Below, in pieces: positions 19,552 through 27,329 of a DNA stretch of 64,000 bases. A program made the translations under genes and the position numbers. Origin of the DNA: Acidobacteriota bacterium (lineage in GTDB: Bacteria > Acidobacteriota > UBA6911 > RPQK01 > JAJDTT01); NCBI GenBank assembly GCA_965217775.1, contig CBDCJH010000002.1, forward strand, positions 320,001-384,000, in the 5' to 3' direction. A model generated the notes under the pieces. That model worked only from the letters and a program-made list of their open reading frames with translations. It had not been told where the DNA came from and did no database searches. How positions within the stretch are numbered: position 1 is the stretch's first letter; the number at the start of each line of letters is the position of its first letter.

Positions 19552-21279
19552 TCAAAGGGACCCGCGACGCGACCGCAACTGATCCGTTTCAGCCGGTTCA
19601 ATCGAGCCGTCAGGGGCGATCGCGACTCCGTATCGCTCGCTGGCTCGCTGCCGGCTGATCTTCCCCTCCCTGACATCCCGCAGGACGAGTTCCGCGTCGC
19701 GGGCCAAGGGAGGTCCGTAGCCCCCACCTCCACAGGTCTCGATGCGGGCGGTTTCCCCCGCTGCAAGGTGCACCGTGGCTTTTGATGAGAATTTTCGTTC
19801 CTGCCCATCGGAAATCACGAGATAGCGAGCCAGTTTGCCTGCCTCTCCCCCGAAGAGTCCGTGCGGCGCGAACCTGGCCCGGTCGGAGAGCGAGGTGAAG
19901 ACCGCTTTGTGGTCGGGAAAGAGATATTCGCGACACAGCCCCAGGCCGCCCCGGAACTGGCCCGGACCCTCCGAATCGGGGATCAGGCTGTACCGAGTGA
20001 TGCGAACCGGGTAGTTGAGCTCCGTCTCCTCGATAGGGGCGTTCTGGGTGTTCTGCATGTGGGTCTGCACGGCGTCCGGTCCGTCCGAACCAACGCGGCC
20101 GCCGTATCCTCCCGCCAGACTCTCGTAATAGGTGTAGTATTCGCCGCTTTTCGGATCTCTACCCCCGAAACCGACCTGGCACATCATGCCCTTGGTTCCG
20201 GCAGGTACCGCATTGGGCAGAACTTGGGAGAGCGCTTGGAACAGAATCTCGCAAAGGCGGACGGAGACTTCCCAGCCGCCGACGATGGCTGCCGGATGCC
20301 GGGAGTTCACGACCGAACCTTTCGGGGCAATCACCCGGATCGGCCGGTAAAAACCGTCGTTGACCGGAATGTCCGGATCCACCAGGCATTTCAACACGTA
20401 GACACAGGCCGTGAAGGTCTGAGTCAAATTGCTGTTCATGGGTGCCCAGCGCTGCTCGTCCGAGCCGGTGAAGTCAAAGCTGATGGTTTCCCCGTCCAGG
20501 GTCGCCCGCGCCTTCAAATGCACCGGCTGGTCGGTGATCCCGTCGTCGTCCAGCCATCCTTCGGCCTCGTAACTTCCCTGCGGCAGCTTCTCCAATTCGC
20601 TACGCGTGCGCTGCTCGGTGTATTCGAGCAGCCTGTCCATATAGAGCTTGAGCTTCTCGATTCCATAGTGGTCCACCAGAGCCGCCAAGCGGCGCATGCC
20701 CATCCTGTTGGCCGCGATCTGCGCCCGCAGGTCACCGGACACCTCCCGTGCCGCCCGCACATTGGCCAGCACCATCTTCCAGATTTCGGGATCGACTTCT
20801 TCCCGGGAGACCAGCTTGACCACGGGCAGAATGATCCCCTCCTGGTAGATCTCCCGGAAAGCGCCGATACTGGCCGGAGCCCCTCCTCCGACGTCGACGT
20901 GGTGGCAGGTATTCGTGACGTAACCCAAGAGTTCTCCGGCGTGGAAAAATGGGGCGATCAGAAAAATGTCGTTGAGGTGACTGGCCTGCCGATGGGGATC
21001 GTTCACCACCAGCATGTCGCCGGGCTGGAGGTTCTCCGCTCCGTACTCGGCCACGGCCCGCGGCACCAGCCTGCCGATGGTCACCAAATGAGCGGGCTGG
21101 CAGAAAGCCTGGGCCACCATTCTTCCTCTGCGGTCCACGAAAGCGCAGGAATAATCGAGCCGGGTCTTGATATTGGTCGAATAGGCGGTCCGTTGCAGGG
21201 AGACCGACATCTCTTCGGTCGCCTCGACCAGGGCGTTGCGGATCACCTCAAAAAGGATGGGATCGACTTTTTCCGACAC
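19552..21279 (-). CDS. Hydantoinase B / 5-oxoprolinase family protein
   Basis: VDPILFEVIRNAL..EEM, STNIK, NDPH..HLND, HHVDVGG, YQEG, GQFRGGLG, TCGGGGYGPP. Confidence 0.92.
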   Translation of the reverse strand: MSEKVDPILFEVIRNALVEATEEMSVSLQRTAYSTNIKTRLDYSCAFVDRRGRMVAQAFCQPAHLVTIGRLVPRAVAEYGAENLQPGDMLVVNDPHRQASHLNDIFLIAPFFHAGELLGYVTNTCHHVDVGGGAPASIGAFREIYQEGIILPVVKLVSREEVDPEIWKMVLANVRAAREVSGDLRAQIAANRMGMRRLAALVDHYGIEKLKLYMDRLLEYTEQRTRSELEKLPQGSYEAEGWLDDDGITDQPVHLKARATLDGETISFDFTGSDEQRWAPMNSNLTQTFTACVYVLKCLVDPDIPVNDGFYRPIRVIAPKGSVVNSRHPAAIVGGWEVSVRLCEILFQALSQVLPNAVPAGTKGMMCQVGFGGRDPKSGEYYTYYESLAGGYGGRVGSDGPDAVQTHMQNTQNAPIEETELNYPVRITRYSLIPDSEGPGQFRGGLGLCREYLFPDHKAVFTSLSDRARFAPHGLFGGEAGKLARYLVISDGQERKFSSKATVHLAAGETARIETCGGGGYGPPLARDAELVLRDVREGKISRQRASERYGVAIAPDGSIEPAETDQLRSRRGSL

Positions 21280-21478
21280 CTGGTTTCGCAAGAACTGTCT
21301 GCTGATGTCGGAACACGATATCATGAAGGGTGGCCTCCCCAGAGTCGTCAACGGTTTCGTGTCGCTGCCCATGGTCCCGGGATCGGGGTCGATCTGGTCA
21401 GAGAGACGAGTTCCTGTGCAGGCCGCGGAGTGCCAGAAGACCTCACAGAAATATGACACCCATGATGTAGCTCTCTCT

Positions 21479-21643
21479 ATGGACCATTCCGGGAACGACC
21501 AACACTCCTTCGACGATTGGACTCAACTCGATCAAAATGAACCCTCCTGGCAAAGCGCCCTGATCGGTTTCGTCGTTATTTTCCTCTCGGTCGGTCTTTT
21601 CTTTCTCCTGTGGGTGGGACTGTTTCGGTATTCCTCCCCATGA
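21479..21643 (+). CDS. Small single-TM protein upstream of a symporter
   Basis: 54 aa with one TM helix; ATGA overlap with the SSS gene. Confidence 0.55.
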   Translation: MDHSGNDQHSFDDWTQLDQNEPSWQSALIGFVVIFLSVGLFFLLWVGLFRYSSP

Positions 21644-23055
21644 ACGCAATTCTCTGGCCCCTGGTCGCCGTCTACCTCGTCGTGCTCATTGGAATCGGGG
21701 TCTGGAGCGCCCGGAAGCGCGTCGTAACGTATGAAGATATGACCGTCGCCGGCCGGGGCGTCGGACCCTTCCTGATTGCGTGTTCGGTGGCAGCCACGTG
21801 GATCAACGGGGTGACTCTGATCACCGTGACCGGCTTTGGGAAGAGCTTCGGTTTGAGCGGCTACTGGCACATGGGCGCGGTGGGAATTGGGACCCTTTGG
21901 GCCGGGATCTATCTCGTCCCCCGGATGTGGAAGCTCCAGGTCATCACGACCCCCCAGATCCTGGAACGCTTCTTCGGCCCGACTCATCGCGTGGTGGCTT
22001 TGATGCTGGCAATGCTGCGCGATTTCGCGGCTACGGCAGGGACCATCGGAGCGACCGCTATCGTGGCCTCGTCCGCACTCGGAATCAGCATTTTCGAGGC
22101 TCTGGTTCTGACCTACTTCGTGACCGTGCTCTATGTCACGCTGGGTGGAATGTGGGCCGTCCTGGTCACCGACACGATTCAGTTCTTCATCATTGTGCTG
22201 GGTACGGTGCTGCTGCTCATTTTTTCGATTCAAGGCGCGGGGGGCTTTGGCGGGATCTTCGAGAAAGTGAACGATCCGACCTTTTTTTCGCCGACCGGAA
22301 ACTTCGAAGCTCTTGAGATCATGGGATGGTTTTCAGTGGCATTCTTTCTGTCCAGCGGCTACCAGACTCTGGCCCAGAGGGCGTTTGCCGCACGCAGCCG
22401 GGAAGCGGCACGCCACGGTTTCATCTACGGAGGGCTCTTCTGTGTTTTCTGGTACATCACTCCCGCCCTGTTGGGACTGACCGGAATCGCCTTCTTCGGG
22501 AAGGAGGTGGAGGCCGACCAGGTCTTCATCAACCTGACCAACGAGGTGGCCGGCCCCTTCCTCGGAAGCATCATCTTTGTGTCCCTCATGAGCGCCAACA
22601 TGTCCACCTTGAGTTCAACCATCGGCACCATGGGATCCAACGTCACGGTCGACATCTATCAGCGGTTCATCGATCCGGACGCCGGTTCCGGCAGGATGCT
22701 CTGGATCTCACGCGTCAGCATCCTTTTGACCTCGGTCCTGGCCTGCGTCACCTATTACTACATCCCCTTCCTCATGGAGCTTTTCCTGATCGGGGGCCGC
22801 ATTGTCGGCGGCTCGCTCGCACCTGTCCTGATTGCGATCCTCCTGTTTCCGTCCATGCGCAGAAAGGGCCGCACCGTGTTGGCGTCCATGACCATCAGCG
22901 GTGTGGCTGTCATCCTGTGTCAGATCCTGAGTCCCCGGGAGCTCAAAGCGGGGACCAGCTTCTTTGTCTGGGGGTTTATGGATCCGGTCCTGGTCGGGGT
23001 GCTGATTTCACTGGTCGTGCTGGTGGTGGGCAGCCGCTGGGAAGGCAGGAAGTGA
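21640..23055 (+). CDS. Sodium:solute symporter family protein
   Basis: VAGR, ATWING, GGMWAVLVTDTIQ, QRAFAARS, MSTLSS, TVDIY. Confidence 0.92.
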   Translation: MNAILWPLVAVYLVVLIGIGVWSARKRVVTYEDMTVAGRGVGPFLIACSVAATWINGVTLITVTGFGKSFGLSGYWHMGAVGIGTLWAGIYLVPRMWKLQVITTPQILERFFGPTHRVVALMLAMLRDFAATAGTIGATAIVASSALGISIFEALVLTYFVTVLYVTLGGMWAVLVTDTIQFFIIVLGTVLLLIFSIQGAGGFGGIFEKVNDPTFFSPTGNFEALEIMGWFSVAFFLSSGYQTLAQRAFAARSREAARHGFIYGGLFCVFWYITPALLGLTGIAFFGKEVEADQVFINLTNEVAGPFLGSIIFVSLMSANMSTLSSTIGTMGSNVTVDIYQRFIDPDAGSGRMLWISRVSILLTSVLACVTYYYIPFLMELFLIGGRIVGGSLAPVLIAILLFPSMRRKGRTVLASMTISGVAVILCQILSPRELKAGTSFFVWGFMDPVLVGVLISLVVLVVGSRWEGRK

Positions 23056-23089
23056 CCGCGTTTCCCCGGCTATGGGCAGGAGACCGGCG

Positions 23090-24886
23090 CTACGGAATGA
23101 CCGGCAGCACCAGGCGGGACGGGTAGCGCTTGCTGTGATGGATGGTCTGGCGGGCCTTCAAGATCTCGGCACTCATCCCCGACCGGTTCCCTGTGTTCAG
23201 ATTCCGGGCGTAGCGGGGAAAGTCGCTGCTCGAGACCTCGAGGCGAATCCGGTGACCCGCCTTGAAGACGTTGCTGGTTTCCCACAGGTTGATCGAGTAC
23301 TCATAGACTTTCCCGGGTTCGATGGGAGTCGGATGCTCCAGTGACGCCCGAAAGCTGGCCCTCCGAATTCCCTCACAGATGAGAATGGCTCGGCCGTCCG
23401 GGTAGACATCGGTCAGCGCCGCAGTGAAATCCGTGTCCACGGCACTCGACGCGGCATACAATTTGAGTTCGACGGGCCCGGTGACTTCCAGGTCCTCCTC
23501 CAGGGGCTCCGAAGTGTAGACGAGAATATCCTGGCGCTCCTGCAGCGCTCGCCGATCCCGAGGGCCTTGCAACTCGGGATTCGTGGAAATACGCCCGCCC
23601 AAGGTGGGGACGGGATTTTCCGGATCGTAAACAAAGCCGTCCGCAGGAACGTTCGGTCCGAGTTCTGCGGTCGTCAAGGATCCGTCCCCCTGGAGCGAAT
23701 TGGCCTTTCCGTCGCTGTCCAGATAGAAGGGGGTGAATCGGGTTCGCTCCAGAGGCCATTCATTCTCGAAGCGCCACTGGTTCGCTCCCATCACGAAGAT
23801 CTTGATGGGCGGCTCCTCGCCAATGCCGTTTTTCATCCCCTTGAGCCAAAAGTCATACCAGCGCACGTGAAAATCAAGACTGTCGTAGGTTGCGTTCTCG
23901 CCGAAGTCGACGGGCCAGTCCGGGTCCACGCGATTTACCGCGTGGGTCCAGGGCCCGACGATGATCTTGGTGCCCTCCCGGGCGGCGGCAGATCCACCCT
24001 GTAGGCGAAACCCGTTCAGGTTTCTCCAGCCTTCGAGGAGAAGATTGCCGTACCAGCCGTTGACGAAGAAGGCAGGGGCCTGGATGAGATGGTATTTGTC
24101 CTTGATTCCGTGCGCCTTCCAGTACTCGTCATAGGTGGAATGCTCGATCCATTTCTTGACGTTGGGCAAATCCACAATGTCATCCAGGGCCGTGATCAAC
24201 GGCAATCGCCGATAGATCTCGTCATAGTCGAGAAAGGGATCGCCCGAATAGACACCGGCGATGGTGGGCTGCAACACTCTTCCGGAACCGAATAGACCGG
24301 CCGTAATCACCACGTTGAGCTGGAGCACGCCATCGTTGTAGATGTGTCCGAAATTGGTCTGCTGGCAGGAACTGGGGATCATGCACAGCACATGGGGACT
24401 CTGCAAGGGAGCCGGCATCAGTTGGGTGAAGCCGTTGTAGGAATGGCCGAAGAGGCCGATTTTTCCATTGCACCAGCTCTGTTTCCCCACCCACTGCTGG
24501 GTATCGTAGCCGTCCTCCGGTTCGTACACATAGAACTCGAATTCTCCGTCGGAATCGTAGCGTCCTCGGACGTCCACCATGACGACTGCATAGCCCCTGC
24601 GGGCGAAGTACAGGGCCATCTTCATATACCCCTGCGTCCCGTGATAGCTGCGCAGGAGCAGTGTCGGAAATTTTCCGGGTGCGTCAGGACGAAAGACATC
24701 GGCCGCCAGATTTACCCCGTCGCGCATGGGAACCTTCAGGTTGATCTGAGTCCTGATGCGATACTCGGGCTGGGACCTGGGTTCCTCTGCGCCCTGGGGC
24801 GCAATGCCTGCCGCCAGCGCGGCGCCGGCGAGCAGGAGGATGGTCAGCGGGATCGGGAGGGATGGCAATCGGCACTGGTTCGGCAT
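23090..24886 (-). CDS. CocE/NonD family hydrolase, secreted
   Basis: VPMRDGVNLAAD, DVRGRYDSDG, GHSYNG nucleophile elbow, GPWTH, SSSDFPRYARN. Confidence 0.92.
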   Translation of the reverse strand: MPNQCRLPSLPIPLTILLLAGAALAAGIAPQGAEEPRSQPEYRIRTQINLKVPMRDGVNLAADVFRPDAPGKFPTLLLRSYHGTQGYMKMALYFARRGYAVVMVDVRGRYDSDGEFEFYVYEPEDGYDTQQWVGKQSWCNGKIGLFGHSYNGFTQLMPAPLQSPHVLCMIPSSCQQTNFGHIYNDGVLQLNVVITAGLFGSGRVLQPTIAGVYSGDPFLDYDEIYRRLPLITALDDIVDLPNVKKWIEHSTYDEYWKAHGIKDKYHLIQAPAFFVNGWYGNLLLEGWRNLNGFRLQGGSAAAREGTKIIVGPWTHAVNRVDPDWPVDFGENATYDSLDFHVRWYDFWLKGMKNGIGEEPPIKIFVMGANQWRFENEWPLERTRFTPFYLDSDGKANSLQGDGSLTTAELGPNVPADGFVYDPENPVPTLGGRISTNPELQGPRDRRALQERQDILVYTSEPLEEDLEVTGPVELKLYAASSAVDTDFTAALTDVYPDGRAILICEGIRRASFRASLEHPTPIEPGKVYEYSINLWETSNVFKAGHRIRLEVSSSDFPRYARNLNTGNRSGMSAEILKARQTIHHSKRYPSRLVLPVIP

Positions 24887-25084
24887 GGGCTACTCCTGAG
24901 CAGTAGGGAAGCAAACGATTTCACCTCATTCTAGCCTGTTCACATGCCACCCGGAAACCAGTCGGGTATTGGAAAATCGGAGGCACCAGCCAAACCCGAA
25001 GGCCCGATAGGCGCAACGACCGGAAGAGACCCGCCCCACTTCCTGTTCTCGAACAGCCTCTTGGCAATGGATTCCTTCTTTCAA

Positions 25085-25119
25085 CCCTGGTATAACTACA
25101 ATTTGTAGTTATACCAGGG
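25085..25119. promoter_or_regulatory. 35-bp palindrome, likely BrnA operator
   Basis: CCCTGGTATAACTACAA-T-TTGTAGTTATACCAGGG with perfect 17-bp arms, ending 2 bp before the brnT ATG. Confidence 0.75.
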
Positions 25120-25121
25120 CA

Positions 25122-25397
25122 ATGGAATTTGAGTGGGACGAGGCCAAGAATCAAGCGAACATCCGGAAGCATGGTGTCAGTTTCGAGACCGCCAGACGCA
25201 TCTTCGAGAGCTTCGTCCTGACGTGGCTCGACGATCGCCGGGACTACGGCGAGGACCGCTACATCAGCATCGGCCGGATAGGGCGGGCGGCACGGATCGT
25301 GGTCGCTCATACCAACAGAGACGGTCGCACTCGGTTGATCTCCGCCCGTCCGGCGTCCCGCAAGGAAAGGCAGGCTTACCATGAGCGAATACGATAG
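25122..25397 (+). CDS. brnT: BrnT family toxin
   Basis: MEFEWDEAKNQANIRKHGVSF..DYGEDRY..RLISARPA. Confidence 0.93.
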   Translation: MEFEWDEAKNQANIRKHGVSFETARRIFESFVLTWLDDRRDYGEDRYISIGRIGRAARIVVAHTNRDGRTRLISARPASRKERQAYHERIR

Positions 25398-25641
25398 CCC
25401 CCTTACCCCCGCGCAGATCGCGGCCACAAAGGACGAGAATATCGACTTCAGCGAAATCCCCGAGTTGGACGAAACCTTCTGGCAGCATGCGAAACTCATT
25501 GAGCCTGATCTTACGGAGCAGATCACCTTACGCGTTAAACGTTCGGTGTTGACCTATTTCAGAGCTTCGGGCAAGGGCTACCAAACACGGATCAACCGTG
25601 TGCTGGAAAGTTACGTGCGGGCACAGAGAGAGCCCAGATAG
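25381..25641 (+). CDS. brnA: BrnA family antitoxin
   Basis: IDFSEIPEL..ITLRV..FRASGKGYQTRINRVL. Confidence 0.93.
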   Translation: MSEYDSPLTPAQIAATKDENIDFSEIPELDETFWQHAKLIEPDLTEQITLRVKRSVLTYFRASGKGYQTRINRVLESYVRAQREPR

Positions 25642-25644
25642 CAT
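25559..25644 (+). repeat. Direct repeat A copy 1 (brnA 3' end)
   Basis: 86 bp, 2 mismatches versus 29197-29282. Confidence 0.9.
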
Positions 25645-25821
25645 GGTTTCAACGCGCTATTGCCGTCCGCACAGATAGCTGGCTGCGCCGCCGCGTGGGG
25701 CACCTACTTGGCTTCGCTGGCGCACTGTCCCCAGAAAGCATCCACGACGCAGGTGTTCGGCCAGTCGGTCTCTACGCGTCTGGGCCCCTTTTTTATGGAC
25801 GCCGCCGGTTGGAGTTGGAAT

Positions 25822-26057
25822 GCTTCGCCGTCCCCGGTTACGCCTCCGCGAAGCAGAGCACTCTGGACCCGGAGGGCAGCTCCTGGCGCCGGTGGACTCG
25901 GAAGCACTTCCCCAGGCACTCCTCGAAGTAGTCCATCCGGTAGTCGGTGTACTGGTCTTCCTTGTTTCGCAGCAGCATCCGGACCATGGGGTTGTCCCGC
26001 CGCACGAATTCGATGACCAGAGAGTCGCCCCACCCCGAGAGCCATTCGACGAACTCG
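25822..26057 (-). pseudogene. Direct repeat B copy 1: orphan 3' fragment of the NoeA-like methyltransferase
   Basis: 236 bp colinear with 29347-29582, about 16 mismatches counted by eye. Still reads EFVEWLSG..NKEDQYTDYRMDYFE..FAEA*. Confidence 0.88.
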
Positions 26058-26230
26058 TCCAGTGGGTGTTGTCGGAAGCCTCTGGCGAGGTGTCCGATGG
26101 TCGGTGCTCCGGATTGCGAAGCCGTGAACGCACCTCTTAGTCAACCATATGATCGTCTAGATGACTTGAATTCGAAAACGAAAAACCATATGATAGAAGT
26201 TGGTCAGGATTCACCGGTACGCTGAAACCG

Positions 26231-26743
26231 ATGGCTCCTCTTGACAAAGGGATAAGGCGCGAACTGGCGGTCCTTGCGAGACGGAGACAAGCTCGCGTGA
26301 CTGAGTTCAGGCTCAATCGTCCCACTGACTGGCGGCCTGGACAGGTGCGCAACCCCGCTGGAGTTCTTGATACCCACTTTACGGACGCTGCGGCATGGGA
26401 ACTGATCGCATTCAAGCTTGACAGTCCGTGGTGAAAGTCGCGCGAGCACCGAGACCGTTCCTGCGCCCGCCGGACAAGGCGCGATGAGGGAGCATACCGG
26501 GAGTATGTGACCGAGTCGCAACGCAGTCCGCCGGGATGCAGGGACGGTCGAATGCCGTGACGACTTTTGCCACGGGCTGTTGAGGGCGGCCACCCGGTGG
26601 AGATCATCGAATTACACCATCCCCCGGGCCGCACTGGGTACGTCATGATGATTGATATTGAGCCCGGTCAACCCCAACTTTACGTGAAACTCCAACTGGG
26701 TTCCGGGAAGATAATCGGACGGAGCTTTCACTACTCCGAATAG
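26231..26743 (+). pseudogene. MqsR/RelE-like toxin interrupted by a MITE
   Basis: Removing 26422-26583 restores a 116-aa ORF (..LIAFKL|EGGHPVEII..YVMM..LYVKLQLGSGKIIGRSFHYSE*) upstream of an MqsA-like gene. Confidence 0.75.
26422..26579 (+). mobile_element. 158-bp MITE copy 1
   Basis: TIR CAGTCCGTGGTGAAAGTCG / CGACTTTTGCCACGGGCTG (16/19); TSD TTGA at 26418-26421 and 26580-26583. Confidence 0.92.
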
Positions 26744-26764
26744 AAAGATTGAGGGAGTTGGAAA

Positions 26765-27325
26765 ATGAAATCTCGAAGCTCTACAACTCGGTTGCGGGAT
26801 ACACGGAAAGAGGTCGCCTGTCCGCAATGCGGGGATTTTGGGATAACTACCTCGCGGCATCGCCAGACATTCGCATACGGGTCCGGCGATTCTGTAGTCG
26901 AGTTGGCTGCAGACGTTCCGGTACGCTGCTGCGGCGCGTGCGAGTTCCAATACCTGGACGAAGAGTCCGAGCGCATCAGGCACGAGGCTGTCTGCAAACA
27001 CCTTGGTGTTTTGTCACCCGCCGAGATTCGACGCATCAGAGCAAGTCATCAAATGACACGCACGAAATTCGCTGGCATCACAGGGCTCGGCGAAGCTTCA
27101 TTGAATCGTTGGGAGAACGGGCTGACAGTTCAGACCCGCGCGAACGATCGCTACATCAGGCTTCTGGCGCGACCTGCGATCATGCAGCTTCTCAACAACC
27201 TCGTGGATGCCAGAGAGTCGCCGAGACCTGTGTTGAGGACTGGCGGGAATCGTTTCCGGACGCTGGAAGTTACCGACGCTATGTGTAAGAAGCAAGGGGA
27301 TTTCCAATTGCGACGGGTTGCGTGA
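26765..27325 (+). CDS. MqsA-like Zn-finger/HTH antitoxin with C-terminal extension
   Basis: CPQC...CGAC Zn ribbon; LSPAEIRRIR..FAGITGLGEASLNRWENG XRE-type HTH. Confidence 0.85.
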   Translation: MKSRSSTTRLRDTRKEVACPQCGDFGITTSRHRQTFAYGSGDSVVELAADVPVRCCGACEFQYLDEESERIRHEAVCKHLGVLSPAEIRRIRASHQMTRTKFAGITGLGEASLNRWENGLTVQTRANDRYIRLLARPAIMQLLNNLVDARESPRPVLRTGGNRFRTLEVTDAMCKKQGDFQLRRVA

Positions 27326-27329
27326 CGAT

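Noticed and set aside
24930-25062. Second MITE-like remnant (TAGCCTGTTC...GAACAGCCTCT)
   Set aside because: Only a short imperfect inverted match, no clear TSD and no second copy in the window.
25630-25760. Integron attC-like sites (three CAGAWAGC motifs)
   Set aside because: No RYYYAAC/GTTRRRY boxes, no integron integrase, and irregular spacing.
26137-26646. Recurrent peptide RGKSRHGIRPSLHPGGLRCDSVTYSRY in three ORFs
   Set aside because: It is the translation of the 158-bp MITE, not a protein family.
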